A DNA stretch of 64,000 bases. Source: Candidatus Omnitrophota bacterium (GTDB lineage Bacteria > Omnitrophota > Gorgyraeia > Zapsychrales > JANLHA01). The stretch covers positions 2,010,662 through 2,074,661 of the forward strand of contig OY759724.1 in NCBI GenBank assembly GCA_963662715.1, written 5' to 3'. The stretch's first letter is position 1. Each line of letters opens with the position of its first letter. The translations under genes and the position numbers were made by a program. Positions 47,288-57,247 of the stretch are shown here, piece after piece. Under the pieces are notes generated by a model. That model was not told the DNA's origin and searched no databases. It was given only the letters and a program-made list of their open reading frames with translations.

Positions 47288-49190
47288 CCATAAAGCCACA
47301 TTATTTTCCTTATTAAGCCATTATGCCAGACCGGTTTGGAAAGAAATTTCCGTTTTGGTTTTTATCACACTAATTGCGAACTTTTTTACAGTCGCACAAC
47401 CTGTTATTGTGTCAGGCATCATTAATGTGATTACAGAGTACAAATCAGGAACTGTCTTGGCTTCCAGAGAGATGAACTCTTCTGTAGTGCAGACTAATTT
47501 TTTTAACTTAAATAATATCGGGGGCCGGGTTAAAGACTTTATGCAGGGGGTTATCCCTTATGAAGGAGCGGGAATTTGGACGATGTTGCTTTTTATGCTG
47601 ACAGCCTTTTTGCTGTGTGTCCTATTGTCTGCGGCTTTGAATTACCTTGCTCTGGTTATTACCCGCTGGGTTCGCACCCGCTGTACTCATCTTATTCGGA
47701 GAGACGCTTTACAACATCTCCTCAACCTTAACTTGGGGTTTTACCATAATCAGAAGTCAGGAGAATTGATTTCCCGGATCATTCAGGATTCGCATAATAC
47801 CGGGCAGGGGTTAGGCCCTCTCGTGCGGGGATATCTTCATCATTCTGTATTAATTGTAATGTACAGCACTTATCTGATCAGCACGAGTCTGTGGATGACG
47901 GTCTGTACTTTTTTTATGATTATGCTTCATTTTGGCCTTACGGAATTAATCAAACGTCCGGTCAGACGGACGACAAGGAAATTTTTTGATAAAGTGGCTG
48001 ATTTGACATCGACATTACAGGAAACCTTAACAAGTATCCGCGTTGTGAAATCGTTCGGTGTCGAAGACTATGAGATGGAAAAATTAGATAAGGATTTGAA
48101 TAATGTCCGGAAGGCCGGTTTTAAAGAGGGGGTTATCCGCCATATTGAACCCCACGTTCGTGAATTCCTCGATGCCGTAGCTTTCGTCGGGATTTTTTTG
48201 GTTGCGGCAATTCAATTGATGAACGAAAGCCTTTCCCTGCAAGGATTTCTTTTGTATATTTACGTCGGCCGTTTGTTGATTCAGCCGGTTAATAAATTTG
48301 CTGTTGCTGTGACCTGGACTCAAGCTCTTTTAGCTTCTTATGAACGGTTGAATGAATTGTTTGCCCATACATCACAGGTGAAAGACGGCCCTGTTTTTAA
48401 GCCAGATTTTAGGGAAAGCATACAATTTCAAAATGTAAGTTTCACATACGATATCTATAGTGAGTTTTCGCTCAAGAATCTTAATATTAATTTCAAAAAG
48501 GGCGAAAGCATTGCTTTAGTAGGCCCGAGCGGGGCCGGGAAATCCACATTAACGGACTTGATTTTGAGGTTCTATGATCCCCAGGCCGGGGAAATTCTGA
48601 TGGACGGGATGGACCTTAAGAAACTGAGAATTTCTTCCTACCGTAAATTATTCGGCGTTGTCCCTCAGGAGAGTCTGTTGTTTAATGATACCGTTGCCAA
48701 TAATATTGTTTTCGGCAGGGACGGACTCACCCGTGCAGATGTGATGGAAGCCGCTCAGCTGGCCAATGCGCATGAGTTTATCCAGGATCTCCCTGAAGGC
48801 TATGACACGTATGTCGGAGACCGGGGGGTGCGCCTTTCCGGCGGCCAGCGGCAGCGTATTGCGATTGCCCGGGCCATCGTGGCTAAACCGGAAATCTTGA
48901 TCTTTGATGAAGCGACGAGTTCGCTGGACAGTCATTCTGAAAAGCAGGTGCAAAAGGCGATTGACAGCGTTTTGGAACGCTGCAGCGCTATCGTTATCGC
49001 TCACCGCTTATCCACGATACTGCATGCTGATAAAATCATTGTCCTTAACAAGGGCCGTATCGAAGCTATCGGGACGCACCCGGAACTGCTGAAGATTTCC
49101 AGCTTATATCAGCAGCTTTATCACCTGCAGTTTGAAATGCAGAAGAATATTTTTGAGGGGCAGAATGAAGAATTGTCTGTTAAATCTTAA
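47271..49190 (+). CDS. fused TMD-NBD ABC exporter (MsbA/PglK-like lipid or lipid-linked-glycan flippase)
   Basis: Six-TM N-terminal half, then Walker A 'GPSGAGKST', 'LSGGQRQRIAIARA' and 'ILIFDEATSSLD'. Confidence 0.85.
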   Translation: MSQNHSHKATLFSLLSHYARPVWKEISVLVFITLIANFFTVAQPVIVSGIINVITEYKSGTVLASREMNSSVVQTNFFNLNNIGGRVKDFMQGVIPYEGAGIWTMLLFMLTAFLLCVLLSAALNYLALVITRWVRTRCTHLIRRDALQHLLNLNLGFYHNQKSGELISRIIQDSHNTGQGLGPLVRGYLHHSVLIVMYSTYLISTSLWMTVCTFFMIMLHFGLTELIKRPVRRTTRKFFDKVADLTSTLQETLTSIRVVKSFGVEDYEMEKLDKDLNNVRKAGFKEGVIRHIEPHVREFLDAVAFVGIFLVAAIQLMNESLSLQGFLLYIYVGRLLIQPVNKFAVAVTWTQALLASYERLNELFAHTSQVKDGPVFKPDFRESIQFQNVSFTYDIYSEFSLKNLNINFKKGESIALVGPSGAGKSTLTDLILRFYDPQAGEILMDGMDLKKLRISSYRKLFGVVPQESLLFNDTVANNIVFGRDGLTRADVMEAAQLANAHEFIQDLPEGYDTYVGDRGVRLSGGQRQRIAIARAIVAKPEILIFDEATSSLDSHSEKQVQKAIDSVLERCSAIVIAHRLSTILHADKIIVLNKGRIEAIGTHPELLKISSLYQQLYHLQFEMQKNIFEGQNEELSVKS

Positions 49191-50046
49191 AAGAACATGC
49201 GGTAAAAAGGTTAAGCGGTATCTACGTTCCCAAAGACGCAAATACAAAGAAGCGATTTATTCTCGCTACCCCAGGAACCATATTTTTCATATCTGCGTGG
49301 ACGAAACGGCTTTCCAGATGACCTTTTTAGATTATCGGCTGGATTACGCGATCATCGAGCGTATCGAAGGGCTGCGGGAACCGGTAACAACGGCGGTTAT
49401 TAAATCTCTCGTTCAGCGGGGGAGCCGCGTTCTGGAAATCGGAGGATGCTACGGATATTTTACAGCTATTATGGCGCAATGCGCAGGAGAGGAAGGCCGG
49501 GTTGTTTCTGTTGAAGGAACGCCCAACAACTATAATATCCTGAGGGAAAATATCCGTATCAATAATTTTTCCCGGGTTGAGTGCTATAATTTTTTTATAG
49601 CCGCGGGACCGGACCAGATCCTCTTTGATGAGGGGGATACCAGCCCTTATAAAGCCATGGAAAGGTTGCAGCAAAAGGAGGATTCTCTTGAGCGGTCCGT
49701 CAAAGTCCCGGTCAGGACAATAACAGCGTTCTTAAAGGAAATCGATTTCTCCCCGGACTATATTTTTATGGATATTGAAGGATATGAGGCGGACATTTTT
49801 GCGGACTTTTTAGCACAAAAATATTTGCAGCATCACCGGCCGGTCATTGTCTTTGAGCTGCACCCGGATTATTATCGTCCTGAGAAGGATCTGGTTTATA
49901 TCGAACGGATACTGACCGACCATAACTATACTTTCAGAAAGATTGCGACGAATTATATTTGTTTCCCCCAGCAAAACATAAACAGGAATAAAAACCTTTT
50001 TTCAAATGTCGTGCATTCATTCTCTCAGAGCCCGTCTCCTGATTAA
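49132..50046 (+). CDS. FkbM-family SAM methyltransferase. The start is uncertain and likely internal, since the ORF overlaps the ABC gene.
   Basis: 'RVLEIGGCYGYFTAIMAQ' and 'IFMDIEGYE' are FkbM hallmarks. Confidence 0.6.
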   Translation: MKCRRIFLRGRMKNCLLNLKRTCGKKVKRYLRSQRRKYKEAIYSRYPRNHIFHICVDETAFQMTFLDYRLDYAIIERIEGLREPVTTAVIKSLVQRGSRVLEIGGCYGYFTAIMAQCAGEEGRVVSVEGTPNNYNILRENIRINNFSRVECYNFFIAAGPDQILFDEGDTSPYKAMERLQQKEDSLERSVKVPVRTITAFLKEIDFSPDYIFMDIEGYEADIFADFLAQKYLQHHRPVIVFELHPDYYRPEKDLVYIERILTDHNYTFRKIATNYICFPQQNINRNKNLFSNVVHSFSQSPSPD

Positions 50047-50097
50047 ATCATGAAAGACAGGGGAAGAAGACACCTGTCTGATGTTTAAAACATTATT

Positions 50098-50754
50098 ATG
50101 ATAGAAAATTTAAAGAAAAAAATCGGATGTTTTTATTCCCGTTCATTGCACAGACAATACCTGGATGCTGTTATCTCCCGAAAAGCTCCGCTGGTGTCCC
50201 GGACCGTGCTGGATGTCGGCTCTAAAAACAGACGTTATGATCATCTTTTTCCCCTGGCCGACCCCCTTGTGGCGATTGACCGCCGTCCGGGGCAAGACAA
50301 TGTTATGGCCGCCGATGCCCTGCAACTGCCTTTTAAGAATCATAGTTTTGATGTTGTGCTATCATTTGAAGTCCTGGAATATATCCCTTCCACGGATGTG
50401 GCTTTAAGCGAAATCGCCCGGGTCCTTAAACCGCGGGGGGTTTTTATTTTTTCTGTCCCGTTCCTGGACCCGGTTCACGGGGACATCGATTATGTGCGGC
50501 ACACGTACAGGTCCTGGGAGCGTTTGTTGGCCCCTTATTTTAGCGTTCAGGAGATGATTCAGCTCGGAGGCCGTTTTGCGTGTATCTGGGATTTTTATTT
50601 CGAAAAAGTGCGGAACCATTATGGGAAATTTGCTAAACTGATTGTCCTGCCTTTTTTGTATGTGACAAAAAAGATTGTGTTATGGCTGGATCAGAGAGAG
50701 AAAAGCTGGAGGTATCCCATGGGGTATTTTTATGTTTGCCGGTCCCGTCATTGA
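50098..50754 (+). CDS. class I SAM-dependent methyltransferase (Methyltransf_11-like)
   Basis: 'VLDVGSKNR...LPFKNHSFDVVLSFEVLEYIP...LKPRGVFIFS'. Confidence 0.6.
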   Translation: MIENLKKKIGCFYSRSLHRQYLDAVISRKAPLVSRTVLDVGSKNRRYDHLFPLADPLVAIDRRPGQDNVMAADALQLPFKNHSFDVVLSFEVLEYIPSTDVALSEIARVLKPRGVFIFSVPFLDPVHGDIDYVRHTYRSWERLLAPYFSVQEMIQLGGRFACIWDFYFEKVRNHYGKFAKLIVLPFLYVTKKIVLWLDQREKSWRYPMGYFYVCRSRH

Positions 50755-50792
50755 GTTGGTAATCGGAATGAATTTAAGGAAGAAATATAAGA

Positions 50793-51872
50793 ATGCAACA
50801 AAGCAAATTAGCACAATCGGTTCAAATTATTAAGCAGCGAGGCGTCAGGGATTTTTTAAGAATTGCCAGCAATTATTATCTTTATAATTCTCATACCCGG
50901 AAAAATCTTCCTGCCCGCTGTCTGACAAAACCGATTCATTTGCAGGTCGAAACAACAAGGTTATGTAATCTTCGCTGCAAAATGTGTGAATACTCATATC
51001 GTAACGGCGAGAGAAGTTTCATGTCTCTTGAGACGTTCAAGAAAGTTTTCGGCCAGTTCCCCCAGCTTCGTTCGATGGACTTAACCGGCATTGGGGAACC
51101 GTTCTGCAACCCTGATTTCATGAAAATCGTACGCTACGGGAAAAAACATGGCGTAAAGATCGAATTTTCGACCAACGGACTTCTTTTAACAGAAGCTCAT
51201 ATGGATGAACTGATAGAACTGGATGTGGATAAAATATCTTTTTCCGTCGATGCCTCAACCCGGGAAACGCATGAAAAGATCCGGCAGGGGTCCTCTTTTG
51301 AAAAATTAACAAGTCATATTAAATTGTTAAGCCGGAAGAAGCGGGGTTTGAGACGGCAGAAACCGGTTGTTTATTTGAGTTACATCGTTTCGCTTGAGAA
51401 TATCCTGGAGGCCGAGGCGTTTCTTGATCTGGCCGGGGAGGTCGGGGCCCAAACCGTTGTTTTCCGTGATCTGCTGGTTTTTGAGTCCGGGGATTATTCG
51501 GACAAGGATAAGGTTGAGAGTCTGTCCTTGCAATGGCGGCAAGATTTGGGGAGGAAAATATTGGATAAGGCACGGCATCTGGATATTGAGGCAGCTTTGC
51601 CTGATTCCCTGTCCATCTCTGGTCCGAAGAAAAAAATATTCTGTTTCCGCCCCTGGCGTTCAGCTTTTGTGGATGTTTTCGGCCATATGTATCCCTGTTG
51701 TCGTTTGACGCAAAAGAATGTTAATATCATGGATTATTCTTTCGGCCACCTGCTTTCCCAGGATGTCAATGAGATATGGAATAATCCCCGATATGGCGCG
51801 TTGCGGAAGACCCTGGTTCATCCCACCGCGATCCCCCGTTTGTGTGAAGGGTGCGGTTGCCTGAGAAAATAA
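50793..51872 (+). CDS. radical SAM enzyme with C-terminal SPASM/twitch Cys cluster
   Basis: 'TTRLCNLRCKMCEY' gives the CxxxCxxC motif. The C-terminus reads 'CFRPW...YPCCRLTQKN...RLCEGCGC'. Confidence 0.75.
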   Translation: MQQSKLAQSVQIIKQRGVRDFLRIASNYYLYNSHTRKNLPARCLTKPIHLQVETTRLCNLRCKMCEYSYRNGERSFMSLETFKKVFGQFPQLRSMDLTGIGEPFCNPDFMKIVRYGKKHGVKIEFSTNGLLLTEAHMDELIELDVDKISFSVDASTRETHEKIRQGSSFEKLTSHIKLLSRKKRGLRRQKPVVYLSYIVSLENILEAEAFLDLAGEVGAQTVVFRDLLVFESGDYSDKDKVESLSLQWRQDLGRKILDKARHLDIEAALPDSLSISGPKKKIFCFRPWRSAFVDVFGHMYPCCRLTQKNVNIMDYSFGHLLSQDVNEIWNNPRYGALRKTLVHPTAIPRLCEGCGCLRK

Positions 51873-51905
51873 CTCCGGCCGGAAGAACTCTTCATAAGGA
51901 ATTTT

Positions 51906-53333
51906 ATGAAATTATTTTTTATAGAGCCGCCGCTTATCAATGCTTCCAACGAGGCGTGTCTTGCCCGCGGAGAACTGGCCGCCCCGGATGTTGCGCCTTT
52001 CCCCAATTTAGGCATCGCCTATTTGGTGGCGGTTGCCGAACAACTGGGGCATCAATGTCGCGTTGTTGACATGAACGTCTCCCCGGGCGGCTTTGAGCAA
52101 AAGGTCCTTGGCTTCTCTCCTGATATTTTGTTTTTAACCGCCCTGACGACGCAATACCGGGCTGTTAAAATTATCATCAATACGTTTAAAGGGCGAATTC
52201 CCATTGTCCTGGGCGGGCCGCATGCCAGCATTTTTGAGGAAAGACTTTTAGACGACGGGGTGGATATTGTTGTCGTGGGAGAAGGGGAAGAGACCTTGCG
52301 TTCCCTGCTGGCCCGTTTCCCTGACCAGCTGGGCAGTGTGCCGGGAGTAATCTTTAAGAAGGAAGGACAGGTTGTCAAAACCGGCCGGCCGGAGCGCGTG
52401 TTAAATCTTGACGATCTGCCGTTCCCGGCCTGGCATCATTATCATCTTGATTTATACGACAATATGTACGGCGGCCGGAAATGTTTGCCGGTGATATCGA
52501 GCCGTGGCTGTCCCTTCCATTGCGTTTATTGTTTTAAAGGGGTTTTTGGCGATAAGATCCGGATGAGAAGCGCGGCTAACGTTGTTGAGGAAATAATGTT
52601 TTTTAAAAATAAATATGATATCGGAGCCGTGCTTTTTTGCGATGATTTGTTCACTGTTAAACGGAAACGCGTTGAGGAATTCTGTCATCTTCTCCTGGAG
52701 AAAAAAATGGATATTATCTGGCGGTGTCTGGGGAGAGCGGACCAGGTTGATTACGATCTTTTATCCCTTATGAAAAAGGCCGGATGTCGCTCGATTGCTT
52801 TAGGTATTGAATCCGGCAATCAGGAAGTTCTGGATAAAGTGGGGAAGCGGATCAGCCTGAAGCGCGTTGCGGAAGCGATTCAGGCGTGCCGCCGTGTGGG
52901 GATTGTTTCCAAAGGTTATTACATTATCGGCCTGCCCTGGGATACCCATAAAACGGTGCAGGATACGATCAATTTTGCTAAAAAGAACCGGACGACGCAA
53001 TCGCAGTTTACGCTTCCTCTGGCTTATCCGGGAACGGAATTGTGGGACATTGGAAAGCAAAAAGGGCTTCCGGTTGAAGACTATGTCGAAACTTTTTCCT
53101 GGGATAAGAATCTGCCCCCGTATTCATTCTCGGATGATTTGAGCGAGAAAGATATTGAATATTATATCCGGACGGCCCGCAGGATTGATGCGTGGGCGTA
53201 TGTCGTTAAAAGATTGCGGAAAATGAAGTGGCAAGAATATCCTGGTTTTATAAAATGGATTTGTATTAAAAGTTATGCCCTGCTCAGAGCCAAATTGGCT
53301 ATGATGTTCAGATTAGCTAAACATCATGCCTGA
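51906..53333 (+). CDS. B12-binding-domain radical SAM enzyme (copy 2)
   Basis: N-terminal B12-binding region 'IVLGGPHAS...VVVGEGE', then 'SSRGCPFHCVYC'. Confidence 0.8.
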   Translation: MKLFFIEPPLINASNEACLARGELAAPDVAPFPNLGIAYLVAVAEQLGHQCRVVDMNVSPGGFEQKVLGFSPDILFLTALTTQYRAVKIIINTFKGRIPIVLGGPHASIFEERLLDDGVDIVVVGEGEETLRSLLARFPDQLGSVPGVIFKKEGQVVKTGRPERVLNLDDLPFPAWHHYHLDLYDNMYGGRKCLPVISSRGCPFHCVYCFKGVFGDKIRMRSAANVVEEIMFFKNKYDIGAVLFCDDLFTVKRKRVEEFCHLLLEKKMDIIWRCLGRADQVDYDLLSLMKKAGCRSIALGIESGNQEVLDKVGKRISLKRVAEAIQACRRVGIVSKGYYIIGLPWDTHKTVQDTINFAKKNRTTQSQFTLPLAYPGTELWDIGKQKGLPVEDYVETFSWDKNLPPYSFSDDLSEKDIEYYIRTARRIDAWAYVVKRLRKMKWQEYPGFIKWICIKSYALLRAKLAMMFRLAKHHA

Positions 53334-53353
53334 TAATCTTTGGCGGGGAGGGT

Positions 53354-55075
53354 GTGGGAAGTCAACATAAAGGACCTTATAAGGAGTTTCTGGTGGAAAT
53401 AAAGGTTGGTCATATTTGTCGGCTGAAAGATCCCGAGCGCATTTGCGCGGAGACGCCCGTGGACGCGGTTTTGATTGTCGATATCCTGGCTTTTAATAGT
53501 TATGTTTTTATCCCCCTGGTGCCGGCCGGCGCCCTGCCAGGGGACAAAGATATCATTCTTGAAAGCCGGGAAAGTCTTAAGGGCTCCCTGCCGCAGGTGA
53601 AGGCCGCCTGTGCCTGCATGTCCTCGCTTAAAGGGGAGGATATCGCGGAGGTGGTGGATGAGCTTAAGAAGCCGGCGTTGGAAAAAATTCTAAAGATATG
53701 TATTAAACGTTCAACGGAGAATTATTATGAATCCGTCCACGCTCCTGCTCAGTCTTCGGCTTTTGTCCCGGGGCAGTCCCGGATTCCCTATGCGGGCAGG
53801 GTTTATACCGCAGAAGAGATCGGGAACCTGGTGGATTCTTCCCTGGAATTTTATCTGACCGCCAGGCGTTATGACAAAGCCTTTTGTGAAAATTTCAATA
53901 ATTTTTTATCAGGAGCCGGGCTTCCTGGGGCGGTCCGGAGCTTGACGGTTAATTCCGGGTCATCGGCCAATCTGTTGGCCTTGGGCGCGCTCACCTCTTA
54001 TAAGCTGGATGATTTGAGCCTGAAGGAGGGGGATGAAGTCATTACGGCTGCCGCCGGATTCCCGACAACGATTGCGCCGATCATCCAGCATAAACTGACG
54101 CCGGTTTTTGTGGATGTTGATTTGGGGAGTTATAATATAAAGACCTCACGGCTTGAGGAGGCGGTCACGGAAAAAACCAAGGCGATTTGCGTGGCGCATA
54201 CTTTGGGTATCCCGTTTGATTTAGAACGTGTGCTGGAGCTGGCCGAAAAACATCGTCTTTGGATCATTGAAGATAATTGTGACGCGCTCGGGGCCGAGTT
54301 TCAACTGAAGAAGGAATATCATCTTATCAAAGGGCGGTGCGTTTCCGGGAAAAGATACACCGGGACCTTTGGACACATAGGAACATCGAGTTTTTATCCG
54401 GCGCATCATATTACAATGGGAGAAGGCGGGGCTGTTTACACTCAGGATCTGGAGCTTTATCGGATTTTATTGTCCCTGAGGGACTGGGGCCGGGACTGCT
54501 GGTGCGAGCCCGGACAGGATAATACGTGTCAAAAACGTTTCGGCTGGCGGTTGGGAGATTTGCCGGTCGGCTATGATCATAAATACATATATTCCCATTT
54601 GGGATATAATCTGAAGATTACGGATTTGCAGGCGGCGGTTGGTTTGGCTCAATTGAAAAAGCTGCCGTCTTTCATCGAAGCCCGGAGACGACACTGGCAA
54701 CTGCTCTGCGACGGACTGAAAGATTTGGCGGATTATTTTATCCTGCCGAGCTGTCCCGTTCAGGCTACGCCGTCCCCCTTTGGTTTTGCGCTAACGGTGC
54801 AGCCCGGGGCCGGTTTCAAGCGAGACGATATCACTCAGTATCTGGAGAGCCAGGGCATTCAGACCCGGACGGTTTTTGCCGGGAATATTTTAAAACAGCC
54901 GGCTTTTGTTTACACCCGGCCCGGGCACCGTGTTGTCGGAGACTTGGCCAACACGGACCGTGTCATGAACGATACGTTCTGGCTGGGCGTTTATCCCGGG
55001 TTAAATGACGAGAAACTGGAATATGTTATGGACCATGTCCGGAGGTTTATCAAGTGCAAGATCAAAGTCTGTTAA
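53354..55075 (+). CDS. rfbH: CDP-6-deoxy-D-xylo-4-hexulose-3-dehydrase (E1; RfbH/DdhC/AscC), PMP-dependent, with an N-terminal extension of about 115 aa
   Basis: 'VNSGSSANLLALGAL' is RfbH-type. 'SFYPAHHITMGEGGAV' has His in place of the PLP Lys, the E1 hallmark. 'DCWCEPGQDNTC' matches the E1 [2Fe-2S] C-X1-C-X7-C motif. Confidence 0.8.
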   Translation: MGSQHKGPYKEFLVEIKVGHICRLKDPERICAETPVDAVLIVDILAFNSYVFIPLVPAGALPGDKDIILESRESLKGSLPQVKAACACMSSLKGEDIAEVVDELKKPALEKILKICIKRSTENYYESVHAPAQSSAFVPGQSRIPYAGRVYTAEEIGNLVDSSLEFYLTARRYDKAFCENFNNFLSGAGLPGAVRSLTVNSGSSANLLALGALTSYKLDDLSLKEGDEVITAAAGFPTTIAPIIQHKLTPVFVDVDLGSYNIKTSRLEEAVTEKTKAICVAHTLGIPFDLERVLELAEKHRLWIIEDNCDALGAEFQLKKEYHLIKGRCVSGKRYTGTFGHIGTSSFYPAHHITMGEGGAVYTQDLELYRILLSLRDWGRDCWCEPGQDNTCQKRFGWRLGDLPVGYDHKYIYSHLGYNLKITDLQAAVGLAQLKKLPSFIEARRRHWQLLCDGLKDLADYFILPSCPVQATPSPFGFALTVQPGAGFKRDDITQYLESQGIQTRTVFAGNILKQPAFVYTRPGHRVVGDLANTDRVMNDTFWLGVYPGLNDEKLEYVMDHVRRFIKCKIKVC

Positions 55076-55920
55076 CGGTTCTCATCACAAATTATAACAC
55101 CCTGGACTTTGTTAAGGTCTCACTTCTGGCCCTTCAGAAGCTTACGATCAACCCGTATAAAGTTTTTATTAATGACAACGGTTCCCGTCCGCGGGAAACG
55201 GCGGAGCTGAAAAATATTGCAAAGGACAATCCTCATGTTTGGGTGAATTTTAGAAAGAGTTCGCGCAAACAGACATCTTACGCCCATGCCGAGGCCCTGG
55301 ATTTGCTGATCAGCCGTGTTGAAACAAAATATGCTGTTGTCCTGGACAGTGACTGCACGTTCCTTATGAAAGGGTGGGACGAGTATATGATCCGTCAAGT
55401 CGATGATGCGGTGAAGATTGTCGGTTCTCCGCTGGCCAAAGGGCGAAGCGGTCTGAAACCCGATGATTTTCCTTTTCAGTTTGCGGTTTTATTTGATACG
55501 GCTGTTTATAAAAGCCTTAACATCAGCTGTATGCCGGTGGATATCGCCGGAGGAAAAGACACCTGCTGGGAATGGAAACATAAGTTTACAAACGGAGGAT
55601 ATAAAGGGAAAGTCTTTTCCGCGCTTTGCACCCGGGATTATAAGGAAGGGCCGTTCAGGAGCATCACCGGGGTTGCTGAATATTACACCGAGGACGGACG
55701 TCTCATCGGGTCCCATTACGGGAGAGGCTCCACACAGGGCATTACGAAATTCCGGGCCGGAATATACCGTATCCCGTATCTTTCGAAACTGTTGAACATT
55801 TATGTCGGGTTAAAAGAGAAAAAGGACTGGTTAGGAATTTGCCGGCGGATTATTGAAGAACAAGCGGACCTTTGTCCCGCCAGCACCCCGGCCGCCCGGC
55901 CCGTCATGGCAGGAAGATAA
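55054..55920 (+). CDS. putative glycosyltransferase (GT2-like N-terminus)
   Basis: 'LTVLITNYNTLDFVKVSLLAL...FINDNGS'. Confidence 0.45.
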   Translation: MQDQSLLTVLITNYNTLDFVKVSLLALQKLTINPYKVFINDNGSRPRETAELKNIAKDNPHVWVNFRKSSRKQTSYAHAEALDLLISRVETKYAVVLDSDCTFLMKGWDEYMIRQVDDAVKIVGSPLAKGRSGLKPDDFPFQFAVLFDTAVYKSLNISCMPVDIAGGKDTCWEWKHKFTNGGYKGKVFSALCTRDYKEGPFRSITGVAEYYTEDGRLIGSHYGRGSTQGITKFRAGIYRIPYLSKLLNIYVGLKEKKDWLGICRRIIEEQADLCPASTPAARPVMAGR

Positions 55921-55926
55921 AAATTT

Positions 55927-57228
55927 TTGTTTAAAGGTGAGATCATGAAAAAAAGAATCGCCAACCTTGTCGCCGGTAACAGCTGTTTGTTTGGGGCGGC
56001 ATCGGCTTTGAAATTTGTTAATTTCAGAAAATTTAATAAACTGCATTGTTTCCGCTCAGCACGGAAAAATGAAGTGAAAGCGACCTGTTTGCCCTGCCGG
56101 GGGGTTTTGAATTTAACAGATATGTGCAATTACCGCTGCGCCTTTTGTGAAATTCATTATTTTCATGATAAGTTTCCGGAGCTGCACAAAAATTTTATCG
56201 ATATAGAAGTGGTCAAAAAGTATGAAGATTGGATTAAAAACCTGGACAGCCTGGCTTTCTACGGTTCTGTGGGCGAACCCATGATGAACAAGCAATTCGC
56301 ACACATCGCCCGGTACTTAAAGACCAGATATCCGTCCCTGCAATTAAGCGTGACGACAAACGGATATTTTCTGAATCAGGAGACGGCGGATATCCTGATC
56401 GATTGCGGTTTTGACCATGTCCTGGTTTCTCTGCACGCGGCGAAAGGGGAGACGTATAAAAGACTTTTAGGCGGAAATTTGGACAGGATCCTGAAAAATA
56501 TCCTCTATTATACAAAGCATAAGAAGCCGCAACAGGAAGTGGCCGTGAATTTTATGCTGAACCGGATTAACGCGCAGGATATTTATTCAGTTGTCGACCT
56601 GATCCTGGACCTGCAGTGTGATTACCTTGTTGTTAATAATTATTATGACGTCCGCAATAAATTGGAGCGGGAAATTTCTTATTATTTCAGCCCGGAGGAG
56701 GGGAATCATATCCTGGACAACCTCTACTCCTATGCCCGTAAACAGGGGCTCCGTCTGATGCCCCTTGCCCCGCCGTATTATTATGAGCTGAAGGACTATA
56801 GCGATCTTGATTATGATGACTTGACCGTTTCGCAAGGTGTCTGCCCGGAGCCCTGGCGTTCGGTTCAGTTTAAAGGAACCTTGGAACACGCGGATTCGCA
56901 TTATATTTCTGTCTGCAACCGCATTGAATTGATGCGTTTGAACTATAAAGAGTTTTTTGCGGACGGGACAAAAACTTTTTCCGATATCTGGAACCATCCT
57001 ATCCTGCAGTTTTTGAGAGAGACAGTGAATTCAGAAAACATGAACCTGATATGCCGGTTATGTAAATCCCAGGAATACAAAGTCATCCGGTGTCTGGATA
57101 ATGACCGTTATCGCATCCTGCGGGACCATGCGGTGAATGAATTTTACCGGAATTTCAAAAAGCATTGCGCCGGGGCCTATCAGCCTGTCAAGGGGCTGTA
57201 TCTGCTGGATGAAATTCCTTTTAGTTAA
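55927..57228 (+). CDS. radical SAM enzyme with C-terminal Cys-rich (SPASM-like) region
   Basis: 'CNYRCAFCE' radical-SAM motif. The C-terminus reads 'CPEPW...CNRIE...CRLCKSQE'. Confidence 0.7.
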   Translation: MFKGEIMKKRIANLVAGNSCLFGAASALKFVNFRKFNKLHCFRSARKNEVKATCLPCRGVLNLTDMCNYRCAFCEIHYFHDKFPELHKNFIDIEVVKKYEDWIKNLDSLAFYGSVGEPMMNKQFAHIARYLKTRYPSLQLSVTTNGYFLNQETADILIDCGFDHVLVSLHAAKGETYKRLLGGNLDRILKNILYYTKHKKPQQEVAVNFMLNRINAQDIYSVVDLILDLQCDYLVVNNYYDVRNKLEREISYYFSPEEGNHILDNLYSYARKQGLRLMPLAPPYYYELKDYSDLDYDDLTVSQGVCPEPWRSVQFKGTLEHADSHYISVCNRIELMRLNYKEFFADGTKTFSDIWNHPILQFLRETVNSENMNLICRLCKSQEYKVIRCLDNDRYRILRDHAVNEFYRNFKKHCAGAYQPVKGLYLLDEIPFS

Positions 57229-57247
57229 ATTTTTTGGGTAAGGATTT

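Noticed and set aside
53354-53700. Possibility that the N-terminal roughly 115 aa of the RfbH ORF is a separate small gene
   Set aside because: The reading frame is continuous. An internal start at 'MSSLKGED' would leave a 290-nt gap, atypical for this operon. The point cannot be decided from sequence alone, so it is kept as one CDS with a note.
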